Source of the DNA: Acidobacteriota bacterium
GTDB lineage: Bacteria; Acidobacteriota; UBA890; WLXD01
Length of the DNA stretch: 64,000 bases
NCBI GenBank assembly: GCA_965205505.1
Contig: CBDBHB010000009.1
Span: 352,001-416,000, forward strand
Reading direction: 5' to 3'
A program made the translations under genes and the position numbers. The notes under the pieces were generated by a model. The model had not been told where the DNA came from. It did no database searches and was given only the letters and a program-made list of their open reading frames with translations. Below are positions 38,232 to 48,194 of the stretch, piece after piece; the stretch's first letter is position 1; each line of letters begins with the position of its first letter.

Positions 38232-40474
38232 TCGCGACTCAGGCGAGCCTGCCCCGACGGATCGCATGGATGGCTACGTCTGGCCTGCTTGTCATGGGAG
38301 CGGGCGTTGCCACGGCGTCAGCAGGCCGTGGTGAGAGAGTGGTGGGTCTGGTAGCCGGAAGCCCCCACACGCAGCAGATTGCGCTCGATCCGTACCCGAA
38401 GCTGGAGGCGCGAGATCTGCCAACGCGCCACCGCGACTGGCTGGAGACGGAGGTCCGCTGGATCATCACCGGCGACGAGCGCGATCTGTTCCTTCGATTA
38501 GACACCGACGCCAAGCGTGACCGGTTCATGGATGCGTTCTGGCTGCGCCGCGACCCGACCCCCGGGACCCCGCGCAACGAGTACTTCACGGCTCACTACG
38601 AGCGGCTCGCCTACGTCGACCACGAGTTCGGCCGCTATTCGCCGGGCCCCGGATGGCGCACCGCCATGGGCAGGATCTACGTGCTGCTCGGCGAGCCCGA
38701 GGCCCGCCACCGGCATCACAACGAGAGAGCCGTCCATCCCGTGGAGGTCTGGTTCTACCAGATGGACCCGAAGGTGGGTGTTCCGGTTTTCTTCTACGTG
38801 GTCTTCTTTCGCGAGCGGGGGGTGGGTGAGTTCGAGCTCTACAGCCCGCTCATCGACGGACCCAGCGCGTTGCTCAACGCGTCGGGGCTGGAGGCCGTAA
38901 GACGAGCCGGGCGACGAGGAGGCCAAGGGTTCGGCTTCGACGCGCTGCCAGGCGGCGGGACGGCAGCCTACGACATGCTGCAGTCGATTAGCCCGGATCT
39001 TGCCGACGCCGCTTTCAGCCTGATTCCGGGCGAGGCACGGCTGGGCTCGCCGTTGCGGTCGGACACCCTGATGGCGCAGATCTTCGAGATTCCGGACCGT
39101 GTGGTGCCGACGATCGAGTGGGCCTACCCGATTCTGACCGGCGCGGCCGACTCGCTGGTGCGATTCGACGCCCTGCAGGTGGAGGTGCGTGCGATCGGCT
39201 GGCTCGACCCCGCCGGGTTGCCGTTCGTCAGCTTCGTGGCGCGCGCGCCGGAGGCGTTCAACCTCGGTGAACACGAGGGGCGCCGCTACCTGAGGTTCAC
39301 GGTGGCGACGTACTTGATGGATAGCACCGGGACCGTGGTGGAGGGCGCACCTTCGCGGCTCATCGAAAGCAGCCTCGACGCGGAGCAGCAGGGCCGGGTG
39401 CGCCGGGGGGAGCTTCTGTACATCGATCGGTTGCCGGCCATCGCCGGTCGTCTGGAGCTGGACGTGGTTCTGGAGAACAACCTGACGCGCAAGTTCGGAA
39501 AAGCAAGCGCGACCGTGGAGGTTCCCGGGCCGCACCCGACGGAGCTTGCGCTCGGCCAACCGGTTCTCTGCTTCGATGCCGCGCCCCTGGGCGAGGGCTA
39601 CGACCGCTTCGGGACGCATCTTCCGTTTCAGGTCGGCGACGTCGCGCTGGCTCCGACGGTCGATGGCCCGTTTCCCGTCGGCGGGCAGTTGCTGGTGTTT
39701 CAGCAGGTGCTGATTCCCGCCTCCCGTGAGGAGCCGTTCAGCGTGGCGTATGCGCTCGCCGATGAGTCGGGAGTGATCGTCGCTGGTCGGCAGTTGACCG
39801 TAGAGCCCGAGCTGGCCAACCAGTTCGGCGTGTTGAACCAGATCACGAGCTTGCAGCTCGACGTCGATCCTGGCGCCTACACGCTGCGGGTACAGCTCAG
39901 CGAAGGCGGCCGGGGGCGGAGCCTTCCGGTGATTGTGCGCCAGTCGGCGGAACGCCCAATCGCTCACGCTGCAGCCACGCCGCCGTCGACTGATCCGAGG
40001 GCGCTGACTCGCCGCGCCGCCCTGCTGCGTACGGTAGGCTGGGTCGACGAAGCCATCGCGTTTCTTGATGACGTGCTGTCGCGGGCCCCGGAGCTCGAGG
40101 TAGCGCTCGGTCTGCAGATCGAGCTGCTACGTGACGCCGGGCACTACGAGCGCCTCGAGGAGCTCGTGACACCCCGCCTCATCGAACGCCCCCAAGATGT
40201 CGCGCTCTTGCTCCTGCTGGCCGAGGCGAACGCGCGACAGGGTAAGCACTACGATGCTATTCGTTACTACGAGCGCGCCCGGCTTGGAGGCAGCGACGAC
40301 GTGGAGGTGCTCAATGCCCTGGCCACCGAGTACCTGGCGAGTGTCGAGCCCGATGGCGACAACCTGGATAGGGCAGTCGACCTGCTGCGTCGGTCGCTCG
40401 AGCTCGATGTGTCGCAGGCGGGAGTGCGAGCGATGCTCGAACGGATCACCAAGGCCGCCACAGAACGTCGCTGA
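38228..40474 (+). CDS. GWxTD domain protein with C-terminal TPRs
   Basis: FWLRRDPTPGTPRNE, GWRTAMGRIYVLLGEP; TPR tail. Confidence 0.85.
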   Translation: MIATQASLPRRIAWMATSGLLVMGAGVATASAGRGERVVGLVAGSPHTQQIALDPYPKLEARDLPTRHRDWLETEVRWIITGDERDLFLRLDTDAKRDRFMDAFWLRRDPTPGTPRNEYFTAHYERLAYVDHEFGRYSPGPGWRTAMGRIYVLLGEPEARHRHHNERAVHPVEVWFYQMDPKVGVPVFFYVVFFRERGVGEFELYSPLIDGPSALLNASGLEAVRRAGRRGGQGFGFDALPGGGTAAYDMLQSISPDLADAAFSLIPGEARLGSPLRSDTLMAQIFEIPDRVVPTIEWAYPILTGAADSLVRFDALQVEVRAIGWLDPAGLPFVSFVARAPEAFNLGEHEGRRYLRFTVATYLMDSTGTVVEGAPSRLIESSLDAEQQGRVRRGELLYIDRLPAIAGRLELDVVLENNLTRKFGKASATVEVPGPHPTELALGQPVLCFDAAPLGEGYDRFGTHLPFQVGDVALAPTVDGPFPVGGQLLVFQQVLIPASREEPFSVAYALADESGVIVAGRQLTVEPELANQFGVLNQITSLQLDVDPGAYTLRVQLSEGGRGRSLPVIVRQSAERPIAHAAATPPSTDPRALTRRAALLRTVGWVDEAIAFLDDVLSRAPELEVALGLQIELLRDAGHYERLEELVTPRLIERPQDVALLLLLAEANARQGKHYDAIRYYERARLGGSDDVEVLNALATEYLASVEPDGDNLDRAVDLLRRSLELDVSQAGVRAMLERITKAATERR

Positions 40475-40485
40475 GGGAGGTGTAT

Positions 40486-41592
40486 ATGGCCGAAGGGACG
40501 ATACCGATCGTTGGAGCCAAGAACACGACCAAGTCGGTGTTGCTGGCGATCTTCCTCGGGGTAGCGTCGGCTGCCTGCTCACAGCCGGCTTCCCAATCGC
40601 TACCGACGCCCGCTCCACCGCCCGGATCCGACTACGAGGGTGCTGCTTTCGAGTTCCAGCCGATCTCCGACAATGTCTACCTGGCCGTTGAAACGGGGAA
40701 TCTGGGAGCGTGGTGCAACGCTGTTGTCATCGTCAACGACAGCGATGTTCTGCTGGTGGAATCGCATGTTTCACCAGCTGCCGCCTGGGCTCTGCTACGG
40801 GAGCTGAAAGAGATCACCGACAAACCGGTTCGCTATGTCGTCAACACCCACTTCCACTTCGACCATCTGCATGGCAACCAGATCTACGGTGACGACGTAG
40901 AGATCATCGGCCATGAGTTCACCCGCCAGATGGTGCTCGCGGGAGATTCGAATCGGGGACGTACCTACGACTACTTCGCCGGTTTCATGCCGGGACGGAT
41001 CGAGGAGCTCGAGGCCGAGCTCGCAGCCGCAGAGGAGCCCGATCGGACCGGGGAGCTTCGGCATAAGCTGGAGGTCCTGCGCAATATGCGACTGGCGATG
41101 GATTCGGTCGTTCCGACACCGCCGAACCTGACGTTGACGGATCGGATGACGCTGCATCGTGGGGGGCGCGAGATCCAGCTACTGTTCCTCGGGCGCGGCC
41201 ACACCGGGGGCGACGTGGTCGTCTACCTTCCCGCCGAGAGGGTTCTCATTACCGGCGATCTGCTTACCGCAGGGCTTCCCTGGATGGGTGACGGGTTCCC
41301 ATGGGAGTGGGCCGACACGTTGGAGCGGTTCAAGGCGCTGGACTTCGACGTCATGCTGCCGGCACATGGGCGCGCCATTCGCGACCTCGAGCGAATCGAC
41401 CAGTGGCAGGCGTACCTTCGCGACTTCTGGACGATCACGGCTGCAATGCACGAGCAAGGCATGCCCGCACAAGAGGCGGCACAGCGGGTCGATCTGCGGT
41501 CCCACGCCGGAGACTATCCGCGGCTCGCCGAGATCGGTGCCGAGCTGCTCGAGGTCGAGCGCGTCTACGAACTACTCGATGGCGTCGAGTAG
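40486..41592 (+). CDS. MBL-fold metallo-hydrolase (cyclase-like), lipoprotein
   Basis: THFHFDHLHG, GHT.GD, GD and PAHG motifs. Confidence 0.88.
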   Translation: MAEGTIPIVGAKNTTKSVLLAIFLGVASAACSQPASQSLPTPAPPPGSDYEGAAFEFQPISDNVYLAVETGNLGAWCNAVVIVNDSDVLLVESHVSPAAAWALLRELKEITDKPVRYVVNTHFHFDHLHGNQIYGDDVEIIGHEFTRQMVLAGDSNRGRTYDYFAGFMPGRIEELEAELAAAEEPDRTGELRHKLEVLRNMRLAMDSVVPTPPNLTLTDRMTLHRGGREIQLLFLGRGHTGGDVVVYLPAERVLITGDLLTAGLPWMGDGFPWEWADTLERFKALDFDVMLPAHGRAIRDLERIDQWQAYLRDFWTITAAMHEQGMPAQEAAQRVDLRSHAGDYPRLAEIGAELLEVERVYELLDGVE

Positions 41593-41628
41593 TGGCTGCA
41601 ACGACCGAACGCTCAGTGCACCGCCGGC

Positions 41629-43278
41629 TCAGGGCTCGAGCCCGAAGGTGAAGATGTCGTTGCCGGCGGCGATGGTCACGTACTGATCGCCGTCGGCAAG
41701 ATACGTGATCGGCGCGGCCTGCACCCGTCCACCGATGTTCATGTGCCAGAGGTCTTCACCGGTGTGTGCGTCAAGCGCGAAGAAGTACCCGTCGACCGTG
41801 CCACCGAACACCAGATCGCCCGCCGTCGACAGCAGCCCCGTCCGGCCCCGCGGCTGCACGCGGTGCTCCCACTTCCTTTCGCCGGTCTGCGGCACGATGG
41901 CCCGCACGGCGGCGACGTAGTTGTCGATTGGCATCGTTCTCTGCCAGCTGCCGCCCTCATAGAGCTCGCCGGGCACGTACTCGTCGTCACGAACGAAGAA
42001 CAGCTCCTCGGCGTCATGGGTCATGACGTAGAGAAGCCCCGTCTTGGGGCTGTAGGTGGTCGACCACCAGTTGGCGGCGTCCTCCACCGGTGGGGCAACC
42101 AACGTGCCCTCCGCACTGGGCATGATGCCGGGCCGGAAGATCGGTCGACCGTCGTCGTCGATGCGCTCCGCCCAGGTCTGCTTGGCGAAGGGCGTCGCCA
42201 GCAAGAACTCGCCGGTCTCGCGGTCGAGCACATAGAAAAACGCGTTGCGGTTCGCCCAGACCATGAGCTTGCGCGGCTGCCCATCGAAGACGGCGTCGAC
42301 CAGAACAGGGATCTGAGCGGCGTCCCAGTCCCAGACATCATGCGGGGTGAACTGGAAGTACCACCTGAGCTCGCCGCTGTCGGCGTCGAGCGCCAGGACG
42401 CAGTCGGAGTACAGGTTGTCGCCCTCCCGGTCCTCGCCGTTGAAATCGGGGCCGGGATTACCCGTCCCCCAGTAGACGAGATTGAGCTCCGGGTCGAACG
42501 AGCCGGTTACCCAGGTTGCAGAGCCTCCGGTCTTCCAGGAGTCGCCCTCCCAGGTCTCGTTGCCGGGCTCGCCGGGTGCGGGAATCGTGTAGAAGCGCCA
42601 GACTCGGCTCCCGGTCTCGGCGTCATAGGCGTCGATGAAGCCGCGAATGCCGTAGTCGCCGCCGGCGATGCCCGTCACCACCATGTTCTTGACGACGAGC
42701 GGCGCTGCCGTCTTGCTGTAGCCGGCCTGGTGATCGATCACCTCGATGTTCCAGATTACGTTGCCGGTCTTGGCGTCCAGCGCGACGAGGTGCGCATCGA
42801 GGGTGCTCACGAACAGCCGATCGCCCAGGATCGCCACGCCGCGGTTGTTTCGCCCACAGCAGTAGGGGACGCCGCTCGGGACCTCGTGCTCGTATCGCCA
42901 GAACTGTCGTCCCGTCTTGGCATCCAGGGCGATCACGGTGCTCGGTGACTCGGTCACATACATGACGCCGTCGACGACGAGCGGCGTCGTTTCTGCCCGG
43001 TCGAGAGTCCGCAATTGGTGGACCCATTTCAGGCGGAGCCTGGCGGCGTTCTGCGCCTGAATCTGGTCCAGTCGGCTGTAGCGCTGTCCGTTGTACTGCC
43101 CCGAGTACATGAGCCAGTTGCCGGGCTCCTGGTCGGCGTTGACCAGTCGGTCGTAGCCCACCGGGCTGAAGGCGGGCACGGCCGTGGTGGGTGCGGACGA
43201 TTGCCCCTCGGCGGGCCCGTCGCCGGCAAGCAGCAGGACTGCGATAGCTACCGCGGCGAGAAGCGTGCGCCGTCTCAT
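41629..43278 (-). CDS. PQQ-dependent dehydrogenase (alcohol/methanol family)
   Basis: CCG vicinal cysteines, Trp-docking repeats, GNPGPD and HDVWDWD motifs. Confidence 0.9.
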   Translation of the reverse strand: MRRRTLLAAVAIAVLLLAGDGPAEGQSSAPTTAVPAFSPVGYDRLVNADQEPGNWLMYSGQYNGQRYSRLDQIQAQNAARLRLKWVHQLRTLDRAETTPLVVDGVMYVTESPSTVIALDAKTGRQFWRYEHEVPSGVPYCCGRNNRGVAILGDRLFVSTLDAHLVALDAKTGNVIWNIEVIDHQAGYSKTAAPLVVKNMVVTGIAGGDYGIRGFIDAYDAETGSRVWRFYTIPAPGEPGNETWEGDSWKTGGSATWVTGSFDPELNLVYWGTGNPGPDFNGEDREGDNLYSDCVLALDADSGELRWYFQFTPHDVWDWDAAQIPVLVDAVFDGQPRKLMVWANRNAFFYVLDRETGEFLLATPFAKQTWAERIDDDGRPIFRPGIMPSAEGTLVAPPVEDAANWWSTTYSPKTGLLYVMTHDAEELFFVRDDEYVPGELYEGGSWQRTMPIDNYVAAVRAIVPQTGERKWEHRVQPRGRTGLLSTAGDLVFGGTVDGYFFALDAHTGEDLWHMNIGGRVQAAPITYLADGDQYVTIAAGNDIFTFGLEP

Positions 43279-44081
43279 GGTTGTCTCTCCGTTCTTCGCA
43301 ACGAGTACAGGTAGGCCACGAGATCGTCCACTTCCCCCGGAGTCAGCTCTCCCTCGTAGCTCGGCATGGGGGAGGTCTCGATGCGCTCGCTCTCGCGCAG
43401 GTCTCGCTTCGCGAACGACCAGAGGTTCTCGTCTCCATCCATGATGCGCACGGAGTACGTATCCTCGTTCATGCGTATCCCTTCGACCCGCGTACCGTCC
43501 TCGTGCGCGACTCGCATCGACCACCAGCGGGGTTGCACCTCCTCCTGCGGCTGAAGCAGGTCGGCTCTTAGCGCCCCCGGCGCACGGCGCTCGCCGACCC
43601 GGGTGAGATCGGGCCCCAGCCGGCCTCCGGTGCCCTCGACCATATGGCAGCTGTCGCAGTCGCCCTTGCCGCGGTAAAGCGCTGCGCCCGCGGACGGATC
43701 GCCCGGCAGCGACGCGTCATCCGGCGCTTGGTTCAGCGCCCCGAGGTAGGCCACGAGCTGCCAGACGGCCTTATCCGATCGGGTTCGGTGAAGCGGTGGC
43801 ATCTCGGTGCCGGGGATTCCTTCCGCGACTACCTCGAACAGCCCTGCGTCGCCGCGCGCCAGGATCCTCCCGGTCGTCAGATCGGGCCCCCGACCGCCCC
43901 TCGCGTCGCGTGCGTGGCAACGGCCGCAATGCACACGGAACAAGTTCTCGCCAGCAGCAACATCTTCCAACTCGGTAAACGGATTGATGGTCTCCTGGGC
44001 CGCGACGTTCGTGGCCCAGCCCACTACCAGCAGACCGGCGACTGGCGCCACGCGCCAGCGGCGGTGTGTTCTGCGAAGCAT
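43275..44081 (-). CDS. Dihaem c-type cytochrome
   Basis: CGRCH and CDSCH with distal Met (MP); overlaps the start of the PQQ gene. Confidence 0.88.
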   Translation of the reverse strand: MLRRTHRRWRVAPVAGLLVVGWATNVAAQETINPFTELEDVAAGENLFRVHCGRCHARDARGGRGPDLTTGRILARGDAGLFEVVAEGIPGTEMPPLHRTRSDKAVWQLVAYLGALNQAPDDASLPGDPSAGAALYRGKGDCDSCHMVEGTGGRLGPDLTRVGERRAPGALRADLLQPQEEVQPRWWSMRVAHEDGTRVEGIRMNEDTYSVRIMDGDENLWSFAKRDLRESERIETSPMPSYEGELTPGEVDDLVAYLYSLRRTERQP

Positions 44082-44261
44082 GCCCATCCTTTCTGCCGAG
44101 ATGTTCCAGGTGACACCGCATTGTCTACCGATGACTCCGGCTTGATAAGAGGGTCGATCTCCAATCCGCTGGAATCCGCGCAAGGGGCGTGCTTAGTTTG
44201 TCTTTCAGGGTAACCGGGTCAGCATCGGCTCTGCGGAGCGCAGCACGCGGGAGGAAGCTCG

Positions 44262-45506
44262 ATGAGGAAAGCGCTGATCGTCGGCGTTGCATCGCTAGCC
44301 TTGATCGGTAGCTGGAACACGCTCCCAGCTTCGGGCTCGTCGCCGCAAGAACAGGTGCCCACCTGGACCGACGACATCGGCCCCCTGATGGCCGCCAACT
44401 GCATGGGTTGCCACCGGCCAGGCGAGGTAGCCCCCATGTCGTTGTTGTCTTACGACGACGTTGTCCCCTGGGCCCGTTCGATCCGCATGGTGGTCGGCGA
44501 GCGCATCATGCCCCCATGGCATGCCGATCCGCGCTGGGGCCATTTCGCCAACGACCGCCGGCTCACCGATGACGAGATCGGCACCATGTTGGCCTGGATC
44601 GAGGCCGGGTCTCCGCGTGGGACCGGCACGTTCGCCGCACCGACCTTCCCGGAGGGCTGGGCCCTCGCCGCCTCGGCGGGGCCGCCCGACTATGTCTTCG
44701 AGATGGAGGAGGAGTGGCAAATGCCGGCTGCCGGGCCGGACATCTACCAGCACGTCTACATCCCCACCACGCACACCGAGGACATCTGGTTGCGCGGGTT
44801 GGAGGCCAGGGGCAACTCACGGATTGTCCACCACATCGACATCATGGCCGAGCATCCGGACGACAGTCGGGCATTGCTGGGGATCAACCTTCCCGGGAAG
44901 CCGCCGGATTTCTTCCCGGAGGGCAGCGCCGTGCTGTTCCCGGCCGGAGCGCAGCTGCGTCTGACGATGCACTACCACCCCAACGGCGAGGAGCAGACGA
45001 ACCGCACCCGCGTCGGCGTCTGGCTGGCGCGATCCCCGATCGAGTACCAGGTCATCGGCAGCCTCGTTACCGACCAGACGTTCGAAATCCCGCCGTATGA
45101 GCCGAACTACGAGCACGTCGCGGAAAAGGTGTTCGACGAGGATGTCGATCTGCTGGTCCTCAACCCGCACATGCACTATCGGGGCAAGGACTTCATGTTC
45201 CAGGCGATCCATCCCGACGGTCGGGAAGAGACCCTGCTGTACGTGCCGCACTACAACATCTACTGGCAGATGGTCTACAAGCTGGCGCAGCCGCTTCACC
45301 TGGCCAAGGGATCGAAGCTCCGGACGGTCGGACACTTCGACAACTCCGAGAACAACCCCTGGAACCCGAACCCCAGCGTGAGGGTCATCTACGGCATGGA
45401 CTCGCGCGACGAGATGTTCGAGGGATGGCTCCACTATCGCCGCAAGTTGGACAAGCCGGTCATTCCTTCCTACGGCGAGCTCACCACCGACGGCGGCGCG
45501 AGCTAG
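44262..45506 (+). CDS. Cytochrome c-fused type II copper monooxygenase-like protein (copy 1)
   Basis: CMGCH; IVHH, MHYH, PHMH and DEM copper-site motifs; signal peptide. Confidence 0.8.
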   Translation: MRKALIVGVASLALIGSWNTLPASGSSPQEQVPTWTDDIGPLMAANCMGCHRPGEVAPMSLLSYDDVVPWARSIRMVVGERIMPPWHADPRWGHFANDRRLTDDEIGTMLAWIEAGSPRGTGTFAAPTFPEGWALAASAGPPDYVFEMEEEWQMPAAGPDIYQHVYIPTTHTEDIWLRGLEARGNSRIVHHIDIMAEHPDDSRALLGINLPGKPPDFFPEGSAVLFPAGAQLRLTMHYHPNGEEQTNRTRVGVWLARSPIEYQVIGSLVTDQTFEIPPYEPNYEHVAEKVFDEDVDLLVLNPHMHYRGKDFMFQAIHPDGREETLLYVPHYNIYWQMVYKLAQPLHLAKGSKLRTVGHFDNSENNPWNPNPSVRVIYGMDSRDEMFEGWLHYRRKLDKPVIPSYGELTTDGGAS

Positions 45507-45550
45507 TGTCCCGGAGCCTCTGTTCCCGGACGCTCGGTGCATGCTCGAAG

Positions 45551-46234
45551 ATGAGGATCTCTAGGGCACTTGCCCTCGGGCTGAGCGTCGGGATCTTGGT
45601 TTCCGGGTGTAGCCGGGAGGCCGAGCCGGATCCCGTCGGTCTCTGGAACCTGAAATTCGGCGCGAGCCAGGCGTCGACCGGAAGGATTCCCACCTCGCTG
45701 CTCCGGGTGGAGGAGGTCGACGGTGAGATCGAAGCTCAGCTCACCTCGATCCGCGACCGCTTTCTCCCCGTCGACGACCTCCGCGTCGAGGGCGCAACGA
45801 TGAGCTTCGCCTATGGTGCCTACGAGTACGACCTCGAAATCGACGGCGATCTCATGACCGGAACCGTCGTCAGCCCGCGCGGCACCGAGCCGGTCAGCGG
45901 CCGTCGACAGGTCGAGACCATGATGTACAACCGCCCGGAGGAGTTCCGGACTTCCCGGGGCGGGGTCATCGGCCACCGAGTCGAGCTGGCGCCTCCCGAC
46001 GACGAGCCCGACCCGACCGCGTGGGTGCTCAGCCGGGTCCAGGCTCCGAGGGACCTGGCGTTCATTGTCTTTCTGAGGAACCACACGACTGCTGTCGCCT
46101 TCGTCAACGCCGAGGATTTCGAGGAGGAGCTCAGAGCCCACGCCGGCCAAAGGGTCGAGATCACCGCCGTCTGGGTGGGGGAAGAGCTCCGCCTGGAGAC
46201 CATCGAGGCAGCTGAAACGGAGACTGAAGGCTGA
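45551..46234 (+). CDS. Hypothetical lipoprotein (copy 1)
   Basis: Lipobox VSGC; close paralogue at 47494. Confidence 0.75.
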   Translation: MRISRALALGLSVGILVSGCSREAEPDPVGLWNLKFGASQASTGRIPTSLLRVEEVDGEIEAQLTSIRDRFLPVDDLRVEGATMSFAYGAYEYDLEIDGDLMTGTVVSPRGTEPVSGRRQVETMMYNRPEEFRTSRGGVIGHRVELAPPDDEPDPTAWVLSRVQAPRDLAFIVFLRNHTTAVAFVNAEDFEEELRAHAGQRVEITAVWVGEELRLETIEAAETETEG

Positions 46235-47481
46235 TGAGGAAGGCGCTGATCGTCGGCGTTGCATGCATCGTCCTGATCGGCAGCTGGGGCACGCTCGTAG
46301 CTTCGGGCTCGCCACCGCAAGAACGAGCGCCCACCTGGACAGACGACATCGCGCCCCTGATGGCGGTCAACTGCATGGGCTGCCACCGGCCGGGAGAGGT
46401 GTCTCCCATGTCGCTGTTGACCTACGAGGACGTTGTACCGTGGGCCCGGTCGATCCGCATGGTGGTCAGCGAGCGGATCATGCCTCCGTGGCATGCGGAT
46501 CCACGTTACGGCGATTTTGCCAACGACCGCCGGTTGACCGAAGAGGAGATCGGCACGCTCGTCGAGTGGGTCGCGGCGGGGGCTCCCCGCGGCAGCGGCG
46601 CGTTCACCCCACCGACGTTCCCGACCGGCTGGGCCCTCGACGCCGAGCTCGGGCCGCCCGACTACATCTTCGAGTTGGAAGAGGAGTTTCTCGTGCCGGC
46701 GGCCGGGCCGGACATCATCCACCACGTCATGACCTCCACGACACACGAAGAGGACATCTGGATCCGAGCAATCGAGGCGCGGGGCAATTCCAGGGTGGTG
46801 CATCACATCAACGTCGACGCCTATTGGCCCGACGGCACCTGGGACGGGCTGGCGCTCGCGGTTCCCGGCAGGCAGCCGGATCTGTTCCCGGATGGGAGCG
46901 CGCATCGGCTGCCGGTCGGATCACAGTTCCGCGTCGAGATGCACTATCACCCGAACGGCGAGGAACAGGTCGACCGCACCAAGGTCGGCGTCTGGCTGGC
47001 CCGAACAGCAATCGAGTACGAGATCCGCGGCAGTCTGGTCACCGATCAGAGCTTCGAGATACCGCCGTACGAGCCGAACTACGAGAGCGTCGCGGAGAGG
47101 GAGTTCGACGAGGAGGTCGAGCTGCTGCTCATGACCCCGCACATGCACTATCGCGGCAAGGACATGAGGTTCCAGGCGATCCATCCCGACGGTCGGGAGG
47201 AGACCCTGCTGTTCGTGCCGCAATACAACATGTACTGGCAGATCGCCTACGTGCTGGCGAAACCGACTCGGCTCGCCAAGGGGTCGAAGCTCCGGGTTAC
47301 CTCGCACTTCGATAACTCGGAGAACAACCCCTGGAACCCGAACCCCAGCGTGAGGGTCATCTGGGGCATGGATTCACGCGACGAGATGATGGAGGGATGG
47401 ATCCACTATAGACGCAAGCTGGCAGAGCCGGTCATTCCCTCCTACGACGCCGAGATCACTGGCGGCAGTGGCGCCAGGTAG
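46234..47481 (+). CDS. Cytochrome c-fused type II copper monooxygenase-like protein (copy 2)
   Basis: Same motifs (CMGCH, VVHH, MHYH, PHMH, DEM); TGATG overlap. Confidence 0.8.
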   Translation: MRKALIVGVACIVLIGSWGTLVASGSPPQERAPTWTDDIAPLMAVNCMGCHRPGEVSPMSLLTYEDVVPWARSIRMVVSERIMPPWHADPRYGDFANDRRLTEEEIGTLVEWVAAGAPRGSGAFTPPTFPTGWALDAELGPPDYIFELEEEFLVPAAGPDIIHHVMTSTTHEEDIWIRAIEARGNSRVVHHINVDAYWPDGTWDGLALAVPGRQPDLFPDGSAHRLPVGSQFRVEMHYHPNGEEQVDRTKVGVWLARTAIEYEIRGSLVTDQSFEIPPYEPNYESVAEREFDEEVELLLMTPHMHYRGKDMRFQAIHPDGREETLLFVPQYNMYWQIAYVLAKPTRLAKGSKLRVTSHFDNSENNPWNPNPSVRVIWGMDSRDEMMEGWIHYRRKLAEPVIPSYDAEITGGSGAR

Positions 47482-47493
47482 GGGTCGTCTTCG

Positions 47494-48186
47494 ATGCCGC
47501 TCGGAGACTCTCGCGCGTTCGCCGTCGCGACCGGCCTTACACTCGGCCTCGGAATCGCCGGGTGTGTCCAGGCAGCCGAGCCGGATCCCGTCGGGCTCTG
47601 GAACCTGAAATTCGGAGAGCAGAGTCAGCGCGCGACCGGCAGGATTCGCACCGTGCTGCTGCGATTGGAGGAGGTTGGCGGTGAGATCGACGGACACCTC
47701 ACCTCGGTTCGCGACACCTTTCTCCCCATCGACGGCCTGCGCGTCGACGGCGCTGCGATCAGCTTCGGCTTCGGCGCCTACGACTACGACCTCGAGCTCG
47801 ACGGCGATCGGGTCAGCGGAACCGTCGTCAGCCCACTCGGCACCCAGCAGGTCAGCGGCTTCCGGCAGGGCGAAACCCTGATGTACAACCGCCCGGAAGA
47901 GTTCCGGACATCACGTCAAGGGGTGATCGGCCATCGGGTCGAGCGCGTGCCTCCCGAGGGCGAGCCCGACCCGGCCGCGTGGGTTCTCGGCCGAGTGCAG
48001 GCTCCCGAAGACCTGGCACTGATCGTCGCGTTGAGGAATCACAAGGCCGTGATCGGCTTTGTCAATGCCGGGGATTTCGAGGAGGAGCTCAGGGCCCACG
48101 CTGGCCAGCAGGTCGAGATCACCGCCGTCTGGGTGGGGGAAGAACTCCGTCTCGAGCACATCGAGCCGGCTCACGAGGAGCACTGA
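47494..48186 (+). CDS. Hypothetical lipoprotein (copy 2)
   Basis: Lipobox IAGC; EPDPVGLWNLKFG shared with copy 1. Confidence 0.75.
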   Translation: MPLGDSRAFAVATGLTLGLGIAGCVQAAEPDPVGLWNLKFGEQSQRATGRIRTVLLRLEEVGGEIDGHLTSVRDTFLPIDGLRVDGAAISFGFGAYDYDLELDGDRVSGTVVSPLGTQQVSGFRQGETLMYNRPEEFRTSRQGVIGHRVERVPPEGEPDPAAWVLGRVQAPEDLALIVALRNHKAVIGFVNAGDFEEELRAHAGQQVEITAVWVGEELRLEHIEPAHEEH

Positions 48187-48194
48187 TACCGGAC

